A stretch of 64,000 nt of DNA from Pseudomonadales bacterium (GTDB taxonomy: Bacteria > Pseudomonadota > Gammaproteobacteria > Pseudomonadales > Ketobacteraceae), in the NCBI GenBank assembly GCA_022361455.1, contig JAKSAW010000593.1, positions 1,260 to 65,259 on the forward strand, written 5' to 3'. Shown one piece after another: positions 14,983 to 24,900 of this stretch. The notes below the pieces were generated by a model. It was not told the DNA's origin and ran no database searches. It was given only the letters and a program-made list of their open reading frames with translations. A program made the translations under genes and the position numbers. Within the stretch, counting starts at the first letter, position 1. Every line of letters begins with the position of its first letter.

Positions 14983-16908
14983 ATGTGTGGGATACTACTA
15001 GGTCTAAATCTTAATCAAAGTAAGTTTGATTTCGAAAAGACGTTATCAATACTTACTCACCGCGGGCCAGATGAAGCAGGCATACATCATCAAGATAATC
15101 TTTTAATGGGCCACACACGTTTATCAATCATTGGTACACAAAATGGACGCCAACCATTTGTAAGTGAAGATAACCAGATACTTGCCATGGTAAATGGTGA
15201 AATCTATAACTATCACGAACTTAAAGAAAGTTTAGTTAAAGAAGGCGTTTCTTTTAACACCGAAAGTGACTGTGAAGTCGCTCTCCACTTATATGCTAAA
15301 AAAGGCATTAGCTTTCTCGATGAGCTGGATGGTGAATATGCTGGAACTATTGTGGATTTCCGCAGCGGGCAAATTCATGCGTTTCGCGATCGATTTGGAG
15401 TCAAACCCCTATTTTTTGCATCGAATGCAACTGGCCAACTAGCTATCAGTTCGGAAATCAAAGGTATCTTCGCCACTGGTGTCGTCTCACCAGAAATATC
15501 TCCAATTGCTATTAGAGGACTATTATCATTAATACAAGTACCTACAGTATTTGAAAATGTGCAGGTGATTCCTCCAAAATCTGTTTTAACCTTTGATTTG
15601 AACAATAAGGGTTATCATATTCCAGAGGCCTCAAGATATTGGGAGTTAGATTTTCCTAAGCTAACAGATAACAGCGACGAACTACAGGAAAAACAAATCG
15701 GAGATTACTTTCCAGAGCTTATAGAAAGCCTAGAGAAAGCTGTTTGTAAACGACTACAAGCAGATGTCCCATTGGGTGTTTACTTAAGTGGAGGACTAGA
15801 CTCAACTACCATTGCAGCAATCGCGCAAAAACATACCGATAATCCGCTAAATGCGTTTTCCATAAAGTTTTCCGAAATAGGAAAATTTGACGAGAGTGAA
15901 ATCGCACGCAGAACATCCAGGCATCTAGGACTAAATTATCACGAGCTTGAAGTCACTCAACAGCATATATTAGAGAATCTTGAGGATTATGTTTGGCATA
16001 CAGAACTTCCCTGCCCTAACTTTAGTGGTGTCGGAAAATTCATGCTCTCCAGCCTCGCTCATCAGCATGTGAAGGTTGTATTAACCGGTGAAGGTGGTGA
16101 TGAACTATTTCTTGGTTATGACTTTTTTAGAAAAGACCCAGATAATTATTTGAAATGGGGCAACGAAGATCATGAGACGAACAACGCCCCAAAAACTCGT
16201 AAACGCAACCATGAAAAGACTGTTACCTCAATACTTAAAAGTATCGGCCATGTTCCGTTAGAGGAACTTAAAATCGTGCTTTCCAACGGCGTACAATGGT
16301 TCTATAAGCAACTATTCTCTCGTAAAAGCAGAGCGACTATCAGTGAAGTGGATGTCTTTGAACAACTTAGACAAAGACACCACCCCTATGAAACGGAAGA
16401 TAGGGACGAACTAACCAAAACGCAAATCTATACAATCAACAATTTGCTCGAAAACTATAACCTAACCATACTCGGAGATCGCGCTGAGATGGCTCATTCG
16501 ATCGAGGGCCGTCCACCCTTCTTAGACCGAGAATTGTTTGAGTTCGCGAAAACAATTCCAAACCAATATAAAATTGATGATCAACAAAGCAAAGTGGTTT
16601 TACGAGAAGCGATGAAGCATTATATTCCTAGCGAAGTTTATAACGGCCATAAATGGCCTTTTCTCGCTCCTAGCTACCCGTTTATTTATGGAAAAAACCC
16701 AGTAATGGATAGCTTGATGGACCGATACCTTTCTAAGGACGCATTACGGAAACTAGGCGTTTTTAATCACTTGACGGTGAAAAGCTTATTATTACTACAA
16801 AAGCTATTCGCGAATTCAGACAAGCTAACCCTGCAACTCTCAGCAGCCCTATCTGTAATTTTAACCACTCAAATAATTGGAATTAAATTTAAAGAAGAAT
16901 TCGACTAA
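14983..16908 (+). CDS. asparagine synthetase B-family glutamine amidotransferase
   Basis: The start is moved to Met10 of the track ORF so the protein begins MCGI. Class II (Ntn) amidotransferases need Cys as the first residue after Met removal. The PP-loop SGGLDS is present (VYLSGGLDSTTIA). At 641 aa it is longer than housekeeping AsnB, like polysaccharide-locus paralogs. Confidence 0.85.
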   Translation: MCGILLGLNLNQSKFDFEKTLSILTHRGPDEAGIHHQDNLLMGHTRLSIIGTQNGRQPFVSEDNQILAMVNGEIYNYHELKESLVKEGVSFNTESDCEVALHLYAKKGISFLDELDGEYAGTIVDFRSGQIHAFRDRFGVKPLFFASNATGQLAISSEIKGIFATGVVSPEISPIAIRGLLSLIQVPTVFENVQVIPPKSVLTFDLNNKGYHIPEASRYWELDFPKLTDNSDELQEKQIGDYFPELIESLEKAVCKRLQADVPLGVYLSGGLDSTTIAAIAQKHTDNPLNAFSIKFSEIGKFDESEIARRTSRHLGLNYHELEVTQQHILENLEDYVWHTELPCPNFSGVGKFMLSSLAHQHVKVVLTGEGGDELFLGYDFFRKDPDNYLKWGNEDHETNNAPKTRKRNHEKTVTSILKSIGHVPLEELKIVLSNGVQWFYKQLFSRKSRATISEVDVFEQLRQRHHPYETEDRDELTKTQIYTINNLLENYNLTILGDRAEMAHSIEGRPPFLDRELFEFAKTIPNQYKIDDQQSKVVLREAMKHYIPSEVYNGHKWPFLAPSYPFIYGKNPVMDSLMDRYLSKDALRKLGVFNHLTVKSLLLLQKLFANSDKLTLQLSAALSVILTTQIIGIKFKEEFD

Positions 16909-16912
16909 CATT

Positions 16913-17677
16913 TTATTGGCATAGTTCTTTGAATAGTTCTTGGCGATCGCCCTGCAATATACTGCAAAACACTTTACCCGCAGCAACAGCTTCATAACCG
17001 TTGGCCGTCGCATGATCCCAAGAAAAGCCAACTCGAAGATGCGCGTTCGTTTTATCATAACTACAGACCGTCAAACTCATAGATCCAGGGCCTTTAGCCA
17101 TATAGGTAACATTTGCTGTTTGATCTGTCGAGCTTAACAATGAGGAAAGCGAGATCGTGCCAACTTCAAAGCGTTGTTGAATTGAAGGTATCTTGTTCAC
17201 CAAGAAATGAATAATGCGCATTCGAAGTCGATTAAGAACATGGTTTCTTCTGCCAATCAAAAACTTAGCAACAGGAAGTGTCTTTGGATCGGTTTTAGTG
17301 TATTCGGAAATTTCCTGCTTAATCGCATCAACACTTTTTTTATGCGGATTTTGAATGGTTAACACAGATAGGTAGGGCTGTCCTTCCGACTTTAACAATG
17401 CCGGGACATTTACAGCCAAACTATCACAACTATAAAACTTTGGTCCGCTAAAAGTCTTAAAGCGCTGACGATTGATTGCTGGGCATTCTCGCTGCCAGAT
17501 TCCGATAGCCTTCGTTAATATGGCTGTCAACGCAAAGTCCTTACCATCATTATTAAAGGTGGATTGCAATTTGGTAAGATCTATATCCCAAACACCACCA
17601 ATATGACAGTAATTCCTTTCGATGAAGTCCAACTGATAGGCTAGAAACCATTCTTGTAATGATAAATTACGAATCAT
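16913..17677 (-). CDS. stand-alone 2-oxoacid-dehydrogenase E2 / CAT-like acyltransferase catalytic domain protein
   Basis: It has the E2 catalytic-domain layout without lipoyl or subunit-binding domains. GTISLSSL corresponds to the GGTFTISNLG region and SWDHATANGYEAVAAGKVF to the DHRxxDG active-site motif (His retained). The first ATG is at 17677 (the track start at 17713 is TTG). The start overlaps the stop of the Rieske gene by 11 nt (ATGATTCGTAA). Confidence 0.55.
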   Translation of the reverse strand: MIRNLSLQEWFLAYQLDFIERNYCHIGGVWDIDLTKLQSTFNNDGKDFALTAILTKAIGIWQRECPAINRQRFKTFSGPKFYSCDSLAVNVPALLKSEGQPYLSVLTIQNPHKKSVDAIKQEISEYTKTDPKTLPVAKFLIGRRNHVLNRLRMRIIHFLVNKIPSIQQRFEVGTISLSSLLSSTDQTANVTYMAKGPGSMSLTVCSYDKTNAHLRVGFSWDHATANGYEAVAAGKVFCSILQGDRQELFKELCQ

Positions 17678-18776
17678 TAATGCCAGCCCAGTCAGACAGC
17701 TCACACTTATCAATAAGCTGTATAAAGCGCCCTAACGAAGTATCTGCTTTTATTAAACGATGGGTGTTAAACCGCATATTCGGAAAGGCCTCGATATCCT
17801 CGTCTCTTAGCATAACTAGCAAACCGACAGTTAACACATGTAAAACAGCACTCTTTAACCGACCAATTAAACCATAACGTTTTTTGGTGACGAAGAAGAT
17901 TCTAACACGGCTTAATCCATTATCATTGGGCAGACAACCCCATAACACATTGAGCGTTGGCACAGGCTTACCAAAGATTTTAGCGTTAACACCATAACTA
18001 ATGGTAACAACCGAACCGCCCCCAAATTTGACATGGTACTCAGCTTCATCTCCCAACAAAAATCTCGCCAATCTGCCCTTGAAATTATCGTCGGGGATTT
18101 TGCCTTTTAAACGCCAAATAAAAGTACCATCGTTATTCTCATCGATATCAAAATCAAATTTAATATCAAGGTCGTGGACTGTAGCAAAATGCTGAAGATC
18201 TACACCATTAGCCATCATGACATGATGGTGGGCAAACAACTCCACTTCTCCAAAGTAATACGCACTCACATCGGATTGCTCTAAACCAGACGGCTTAAGC
18301 ATAGAATGAGCAGCTTCTGGATGAGAATATACCCAGATATGGCCATATAGCTCTTTAACAGGATAGGAAAGATTTTTAACTTTGTTGAAGCTTTCATTTA
18401 GCTCAGGCTGGCAGGGAATCTTTTTTAAGCAACCGTCACCACCAAATTCCCATTGGTGGAAATAGCACTGTATGTTCTCGCCTACGACACGGCCATTGCC
18501 TAGATCAGCTCCCAAGTGGGGACAGAATGCGTCCAAAGCTTTTAATGTGTTGGACTCACTCCTAAATAAAACCACCCGTTGTTTTGCTATACGGAAGGAC
18601 TTGGCCTCATTTTTAAGGATTTCACCACTAGCACATACAGGATACCAACCCCTAGTTAAAACATCTGGGTTATTGAAAACTCGATGTTTTGTATGGGGTT
18701 GGCTAATCAAATTTTCGGTTCGCGATAATCCATCCTTTGGACGATGTTTCGCTTTTATTTTTCTTCTAAAAATCAC
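17667..18776 (-). CDS. Rieske [2Fe-2S] non-heme-iron oxygenase, VanA/phthalate-family-like
   Basis: 369 aa. Rieske motif CPHLGADLGNG...CYFHQW (CxH...CxxH). Mononuclear iron motif NGVDLQHFATVH (DxxHxxxxH). Start WYPVCASGEI as in VanA-type oxygenases. No reductase partner is adjacent. Confidence 0.8.
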   Translation of the reverse strand: MIFRRKIKAKHRPKDGLSRTENLISQPHTKHRVFNNPDVLTRGWYPVCASGEILKNEAKSFRIAKQRVVLFRSESNTLKALDAFCPHLGADLGNGRVVGENIQCYFHQWEFGGDGCLKKIPCQPELNESFNKVKNLSYPVKELYGHIWVYSHPEAAHSMLKPSGLEQSDVSAYYFGEVELFAHHHVMMANGVDLQHFATVHDLDIKFDFDIDENNDGTFIWRLKGKIPDDNFKGRLARFLLGDEAEYHVKFGGGSVVTISYGVNAKIFGKPVPTLNVLWGCLPNDNGLSRVRIFFVTKKRYGLIGRLKSAVLHVLTVGLLVMLRDEDIEAFPNMRFNTHRLIKADTSLGRFIQLIDKCELSDWAGINDS

Positions 18777-18968
18777 TTAGCTATTCCTAATAGCGACTGG
18801 AACAGAGCCTAAACGGTTTTGTTTAAGTACGGATGGGCGATCATTGTACCGGGTTATCCAATTTAAAATCAGCTATTGAACTGTTGGTTTTGTGTTAACC
18901 ACAGCCAAAGACCAGATAGCTTGGCCCAATTATCGATAGTCTAGCTCAGCAGCCTGGCAATCAGCACC

Positions 18969-19739
18969 TTAAAGGGCTTGATATTTTCTTAACACCTCAA
19001 GCTGGCCGTGCTCCCGCCTTACTTGCTTTACAGCCTGCTTATAGAGCGGCTTAAGGTGTTTCTTTAGATGTTTTGTGGCTTGGTTTGCAGCTATACCCTT
19101 TAGTTCGCAGAAAAGTGCAGTCGCAAATAGCACCTGGTGCTCTGTTAAGCTTGCTGATCGGTTTGCATTGGGGTTGTAGCAACTTCCGCAACCACCACGA
19201 AATGTGTAGGCGGAATTGGCCATTAGCACCCCAAATCCCATAAATATCGCCAAAAGCTCCGTGGCTTCAAGCATAAAATCAGCGCCTCCAGGTGGCATGG
19301 ACTTGGATTGTAGAGCGAGATGTTGCGCCAACACATGAGCAAAGCTCGAAGCAAGGTCTTCTGATTTAAGCGTCTGTTGCTGTGTGTAGGTTATGGGCAA
19401 ATTAACACTGGATACGAGCGGAGCTAGATCAGAGCTAGTTGATCGACGAGCAATAGTGCCCATGTTTAAATCTGGAATTGCTTGAGGCTGAAAATGCTGG
19501 GGGGCTTGGAGTACAAATGGCCAGTGCTCAAGGCCACAGTATCTTTGTACATGCTGAAATATAGTTGCAGCCTTAGCATCAGGGCTATCTACTCGACCCG
19601 GAAAACACTCGTTGGTTGGTTGCGCGAGCTCAGTCCGGAGATAAAACTCATTGTGATCAAAGTGACTCAGAGCCCAGTCGTAAGTCTCAAAGATCCAGTT
19701 GGCGCTTTGCTGATCAATTAATGGTTTAGAAAACAACAT
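18969..19739 (-). CDS. hypothetical protein (no family recognised)
   Basis: 256-aa clean ORF with protein-like composition. It has one hydrophobic stretch (LLAIFMGFGVLMANSAY) followed by GGCGSCYNPN. No signal peptide. Confidence 0.5.
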   Translation of the reverse strand: MLFSKPLIDQQSANWIFETYDWALSHFDHNEFYLRTELAQPTNECFPGRVDSPDAKAATIFQHVQRYCGLEHWPFVLQAPQHFQPQAIPDLNMGTIARRSTSSDLAPLVSSVNLPITYTQQQTLKSEDLASSFAHVLAQHLALQSKSMPPGGADFMLEATELLAIFMGFGVLMANSAYTFRGGCGSCYNPNANRSASLTEHQVLFATALFCELKGIAANQATKHLKKHLKPLYKQAVKQVRREHGQLEVLRKYQAL

Positions 19740-19855
19740 GAACTGATATTGCCCTTCTCTTAGTGCAGAAGGCTAATAATAGCGTACAGATATTAACTTT
19801 TTAAGTTGGTATATTTCAGGCCAGTTTAAACAGCCATTATACAATCTATAAGTGG

Positions 19856-20242
19856 TTACTCAGACAATACGAACCAAAATGCCAAGCCCTCGATCTCAAT
19901 TTTATCGAGGTGTTTTAACTTGGCCATAAAGATAGGTCGATCATTCAAAGTAACTTGAGTTTTCCGAGCTATTGTCGAAATTACCCAATCACCCTCTATT
20001 TTTTGAATAGAGGCGTGAAACCTCTCCTCTTTACCCGAAGACACCTTTAGATCAGACAAAGCATCCGATCCTATAACAAAAGGAAAATCCTCAGCTTTAT
20101 CCAAGGAGATATGTTTTTTAACATCAAAAGGAAAATCACAACGGACAATAGTTGCTTTCGTCGGTAGACTAACAAAGCTTCTACTTGCACTTTTTTGATT
20201 GTTTAATGCTTCGAGCACAATAACATCCCACCCAGGTACCAC
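19856..20242 (-). CDS. small protein with a degenerate FHA-like C-terminal domain
   Basis: 128 aa with a GTG start. FVIGSD...FHASIQKIEGDWVISTIARKTQVTLNDRPIF...LKHLDKIEIEGLAFWF follows the FHA pattern (GR...SxxH...NG...GDxIxxG). However, the phospho-Thr-contacting positions are substituted (R to S, NG to ND). Confidence 0.4.
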   Translation of the reverse strand: MVPGWDVIVLEALNNQKSASRSFVSLPTKATIVRCDFPFDVKKHISLDKAEDFPFVIGSDALSDLKVSSGKEERFHASIQKIEGDWVISTIARKTQVTLNDRPIFMAKLKHLDKIEIEGLAFWFVLSE

Positions 20243-20738
20243 ATTGGCTTTTCTTTAATTGGCCTGTGCTTAAGTTAGACAATGAGATTGTTGCTTCATA
20301 ATCGCGCAGGTCATTTTACATAGATGTATGCAGCTAAAAGGTTATACCTTTAGATACAATGCATCTTATCTATTGTTGGCTTACGCTTATTGAACTTTCT
20401 GATGATTTGTCTCGATAAAATTCTATAACATCGCGTTTTCGTTACCGCTTTGAATCTCGTCCAGCTCTAAGCTTAAATGCCAATTTTTGTTATAAAACGC
20501 GACTTTAGCATGGTTTTGAATTTGGTGTAATCGATAAAAATCACCTATATTTTTGAATTCGTAAGTTAAACCACACTAAAAAAACAGATGTATTTTCTTA
20601 TGATTCCAATCTTTTCTTATATTTAAGAACCCTCGAATTTTATTCATGATGGGATTAACCCCTGCTCAGTGAACAAGCGTTTTATTTACAATAATTACGT
20701 GGCTAATCCAATAATCAGAATACTCAACTAGAGAAACA

Positions 20739-21866
20739 TCACATTCTCATTACTAAAGAACATATATAGACAGGTGGGATGTGATTCTCAGGAAAATAGC
20801 TCGCTAAGCTTGGGATTGATAAAACGATATTTGGGAACCTGTTGAACAAATCTTGCCAAAATAGGAACTGCTCTTCTGATCTGTCTTCTTGAACAATAAA
20901 GTCCCAATAACCAGCTTCATCTAGAATATAAAGCTCCCCCGGATCATAGTCATAGTCTAACGACTCAACTACGGTGCTCAACCACAAAGGAATAAGTCCT
21001 TCATTATATAATGGCAACGCCATTTCGGCAGAGGGAGGCACTCTAGGTGTTACGTCTCGCACATAGTTCATTCGATAAAAGCGATCGCCAAATAACTCGT
21101 TCAACGCCAAACCGAGTGCTGCATTTCCCAGTCGTGGCTGAGCAAAGGTATATACTGACTGTATCATGCCACCTTTAGTGGCATGATAAGCAGCTTGAAG
21201 CGCAGTTAATGCCGCTCCTCTACTGTGCCCAGTAAATATGACTGGTTTAAGGTTATCGTCGCTAAAGCTATCTATTATTGATTGAACGCTACTTCTCACT
21301 CGCTCATGCTCTTCCCAAATTCCACGGTGGGCTTTACTTTGCTCGCCGTTAATCTGATAAAGGTCCACATTAGCTGTTGTAAAAATTGCGTTACTCAATA
21401 CCTCTGTGGGCGTTGAAGTACCTCTATATGAAACCAGTACAAAGTCTTGATGTTCAGCAACAAAAGCTCTGGTTCCTACATCCCAATTGTTCCAGACTTC
21501 AATATCTATAAAACCCCACTGCTTGAATTGCTGTGATACTTGTTCTGGCTCAAATTGCTCTACGAACCAAGAAACTAACAATAGGAGGTAGGCATTATCA
21601 ACGTTGAAAGCGTCGCCTAAACTAAAGAACACATCAGGGAGGGTTTCGCTACCATCGCATTCGGGAAATGCCATCAGGTCTTGTGAACGAAAAGCGCTTA
21701 TGGTTTCAGGAATAGTCGTACCTACTGATCGACTCTCAGTATCAGATCCACCACTTGAGTCTTGACCACCTCCACAGCTGACAAGAAAAATTGCGAACAA
21801 AACGATTAATAGATAATTATGCCTAGTTCTATAGTTATTATTGTAATGACAACTCAAAACGCCCAC
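20739..21866 (-). CDS. class 3 lipase-family alpha/beta hydrolase lipoprotein
   Basis: 375 aa. Lipobox FLVS-CGG. Nucleophile elbow GHSRGAAL (GHSxG) in a lipase_3-like context (YRGTSTP...FTGHSRGAAL). Apparent GTG start. Lies 71 nt downstream of the giant sensor kinase. Confidence 0.75.
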   Translation of the reverse strand: MGVLSCHYNNNYRTRHNYLLIVLFAIFLVSCGGGQDSSGGSDTESRSVGTTIPETISAFRSQDLMAFPECDGSETLPDVFFSLGDAFNVDNAYLLLLVSWFVEQFEPEQVSQQFKQWGFIDIEVWNNWDVGTRAFVAEHQDFVLVSYRGTSTPTEVLSNAIFTTANVDLYQINGEQSKAHRGIWEEHERVRSSVQSIIDSFSDDNLKPVIFTGHSRGAALTALQAAYHATKGGMIQSVYTFAQPRLGNAALGLALNELFGDRFYRMNYVRDVTPRVPPSAEMALPLYNEGLIPLWLSTVVESLDYDYDPGELYILDEAGYWDFIVQEDRSEEQFLFWQDLFNRFPNIVLSIPSLASYFPENHIPPVYICSLVMRM

Positions 21867-21937
21867 TTCCCAATTAGATAATCCAAAAAGGAAAAGATAA
21901 GAGAAAAACTAGATTGAGTATTGAATTAATTGATCAT

Positions 21938-24900
21938 CTATTCATGCTCTTCTGCAAGATATAATAGCTCTACAAGCGCTAAATCATATTCAAAGCTCTC
22001 TATATATCGCTTTAACCTCTCAGTCTTGTGCCCACCCATAGCCAATAACAAATCTGCATAGCACTTTTTAACCTTCGAAGGTTCGCCATTTTCTAGTGCT
22101 TGAGTTAAATCTACGATTAAGGTAGCCGTATCCAGAGAAGAAGCAGTAGCCTCATATTCCGTATCACTACGCTCAGCCCGCTTCCTGCGATCAAACTCAG
22201 CTAGCGTTGTGAGAACCTGTTCGAGCGCTTCTACCAATGCCTCTACGTTCGCTTGAGACGGGATATCATTATTATCGATACAAAAGTCCTCAAACTCTTG
22301 AGCGACATATTGCAAATGAGAGGCACCAATTGATGCTGCGCTGCCTTTCAAACTATGAGATAACTCTCGAAGCGAGTTGATGTCATTATTAGATACAGCA
22401 TTTCGAATCATATCTGCTGTTTCAATATTGGTTTTATAAAAAACATCACAGATATTGAGCAATGTATCGTAGTTTAGCCCTGTCTCAAGAACTACTTTCT
22501 CGAGATCTATACCAGCGAGAACATTTTGTAATTCTGGAGTCAATTTATTTGGTATTGCCGCATCGGAGATGGTGTTTGCAATACGAGCGTCGAAAACAAA
22601 ATGGTAAAGCGTGGTTAAGAGCGTCTTCTTATCGATAGGTTTCTGAATAAACCCATTCATACCCCAATTAGCAACAGATTCTCTTTCATTAGTAAGATCA
22701 TGAGCTGTCAAGGCAATAACAGGTATATCCTTGAAACGATCGACGTTTCGTAATGATTTACATGCCTCTATCCCACCCATTACAGGCATTTCTAGATCCA
22801 TCAATACAAGATTAAAATAATTATCTGGTTTTTCACTGAGCTTTGAAATCACTTGGGAACCATTACAAACCAATTCAAATGGAATCCCATGATCCTCGAA
22901 AATTGCTCCGATAATATCCTGATTTGTAGGATTATCCTCCGCTACCAATATCTTTGCGTCAGTTAAGATTTTTAGCATTTCGGATTCGCGATCCACACTC
23001 TGAGAGGGGTTGCGATGTTCAGTAACGACCTTATCGCTCTCTATAAGATCACTCATTGAATCGAATAGAACGCCGATACCAACTGGCCTATCAACTACTT
23101 TCGATTTAGAGATAAGGAACTCACTCAATGCTGGGTTATCTAGCTCGAACCCATCTTGAACCCAAAGAACTGGCGCGCTCAGGTCATCACCAAAAGATAA
23201 ACAATTCTGTAATAGCTCCATATTCGAAGGGTAAAAATCAATAACTACACATGACGACTCGGACATTGCTGCGCTTAGAGCATGTTCATCGAATATTTTA
23301 TTCAGATGGACTCCTTTAACAGAAAATCCAAAAGCCGTTAAGTAATCTTGTAGCTTCTCAAGCTCATCTGTTTCCTGGCTTATTACTACAGCTTTCTTCA
23401 GATCATTGTCGCCCTGCTCCATCAGCTGCCAATCTGCATCGCTAGCTACTAAGTCATGATTAAAGCCAAAGTTGAGTTTAAAATGAAAAGCGCTACCCTT
23501 ATTTTCTTGACTCTCCGCCCAAATCTCTCCTTCCATTAAGTCAATCAATTTCTTCGATATAGACATTCCAAGGCCTGTACCACCGTACTCCTGCTCAGTC
23601 ATTGGAGAAGCCTGGGTGAAAGGTTCAAAAAGCGAATCCAAATAGTCCGCTGCGATACCTATCCCGGTATCACGAACACAAAACTCGATCACTAGATCAT
23701 CGCTTAAAGAGGTAGTTCTTCTAAACTCAATCGCTATTCGGCCCTGATTAGTAAATTTCACAGCATTACTAACCAAATTGGAAAGAACTTGTTTAATTCG
23801 AAAACGATCACCCTCAACTATTCTTGGGAGGTCCGGATCATAATAAGTATCTAACTTAACGGGAGTTTTAGTTTCTATAATCTTAGCCGAAAATAAATTA
23901 GCGACTTCATCCTGCAGCCGACTCAAATCAAATATACTTTTATGAATTTGTATTTTGTCTGCTTCGATCTTGGAATAATATAAGACGTCGTTTATCATTT
24001 GCAATAAACTAGCACCTGATGAACGTATTATGTTTAGATACTTTCTCGTTCTTAAATCTGTATCAGATTCTAGGGCTAACTCAGTAGCAGCAATAACCCC
24101 GTTCATGGGCGTGCGAATTTCATGACTCATACTAGCCAAGAAATCAGCTTGCTGCTTAGCAAATTTGTCAGCTTCCAGTTTTGCAAAAGCCAGCTTTATA
24201 TTCGATTCCTTTAACTCTTTTGTCCTTTCTTCAACCTGCGTTTCGATATCAATATATGCTTTATGCAGTGACTCTTCAGCATGCTTTTGATCCGAGATAT
24301 CTTCTAACAACCCCTCATAGTATAAAGTTTCATGATTTTGATTTAGAACTCTGCGTATCTTTACCGAGCCCCATAGGGTTGAATTATCCTTCTTTAGAAA
24401 CTGAGTTTCATACTGAGACACCGAGTAACGCTTAGATAAACGATTCGCCAATTCATCAAATGCATTAGGATCTACAAACACCTGTTCTTTTAAATTTGAC
24501 ACGGAACTATCAAGATCTTCTGCACTAGAATACCCTAGCATTTTAGCCATTGCAGGGTTTGCAGATATAAACGTTCCTTCTGCTGTAACCTGGAAGATAC
24601 CTTCAAGGGCCTGATTAAAGATTTCTCTATACTTTTTCTCTGAGTTTTTTAAGTTCTTAATGGCCTCTTTTAACTTAACGTGTAGCCTTATGCGAGATAA
24701 CAGCTCATCCTTAACGAATGGTTTAGTGATATAGTCATTTGCCCCACTACGAAAACCCTTAATAAGATCGCTAACCTGATTTTTAGCTGTAATCATGATC
24801 ACCGGAAGAATTTCTGGTTGATGTTTTTTTCTAATCGCTTCACATGCAGCATAACCAGACATACCTGGCATCATGACGTCGAGCAATACAATATCAAATT

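Noticed and set aside
14983-16908. Idea that the asparagine-synthetase homolog is a lasso-peptide cyclase
   Set aside because: There is no transglutaminase-like B protease, RRE/PqqD protein, ABC exporter or plausible precursor peptide nearby. The only small upstream ORF is a 14-aa peptide without a Gly/Asp-Glu macrolactam spacing. The N-terminal Cys nucleophile of a true glutamine amidotransferase is retained.
10471-16908. Idea that the GT4 + TPR + AsnB set is a PEP-CTERM/exosortase system
   Set aside because: There is no exosortase (EpsH/XrtA) gene. No protein in the window ends in a PEP-CTERM motif plus TM helix plus Arg-rich tail. The 995-aa protein ends in a K-rich tail instead.
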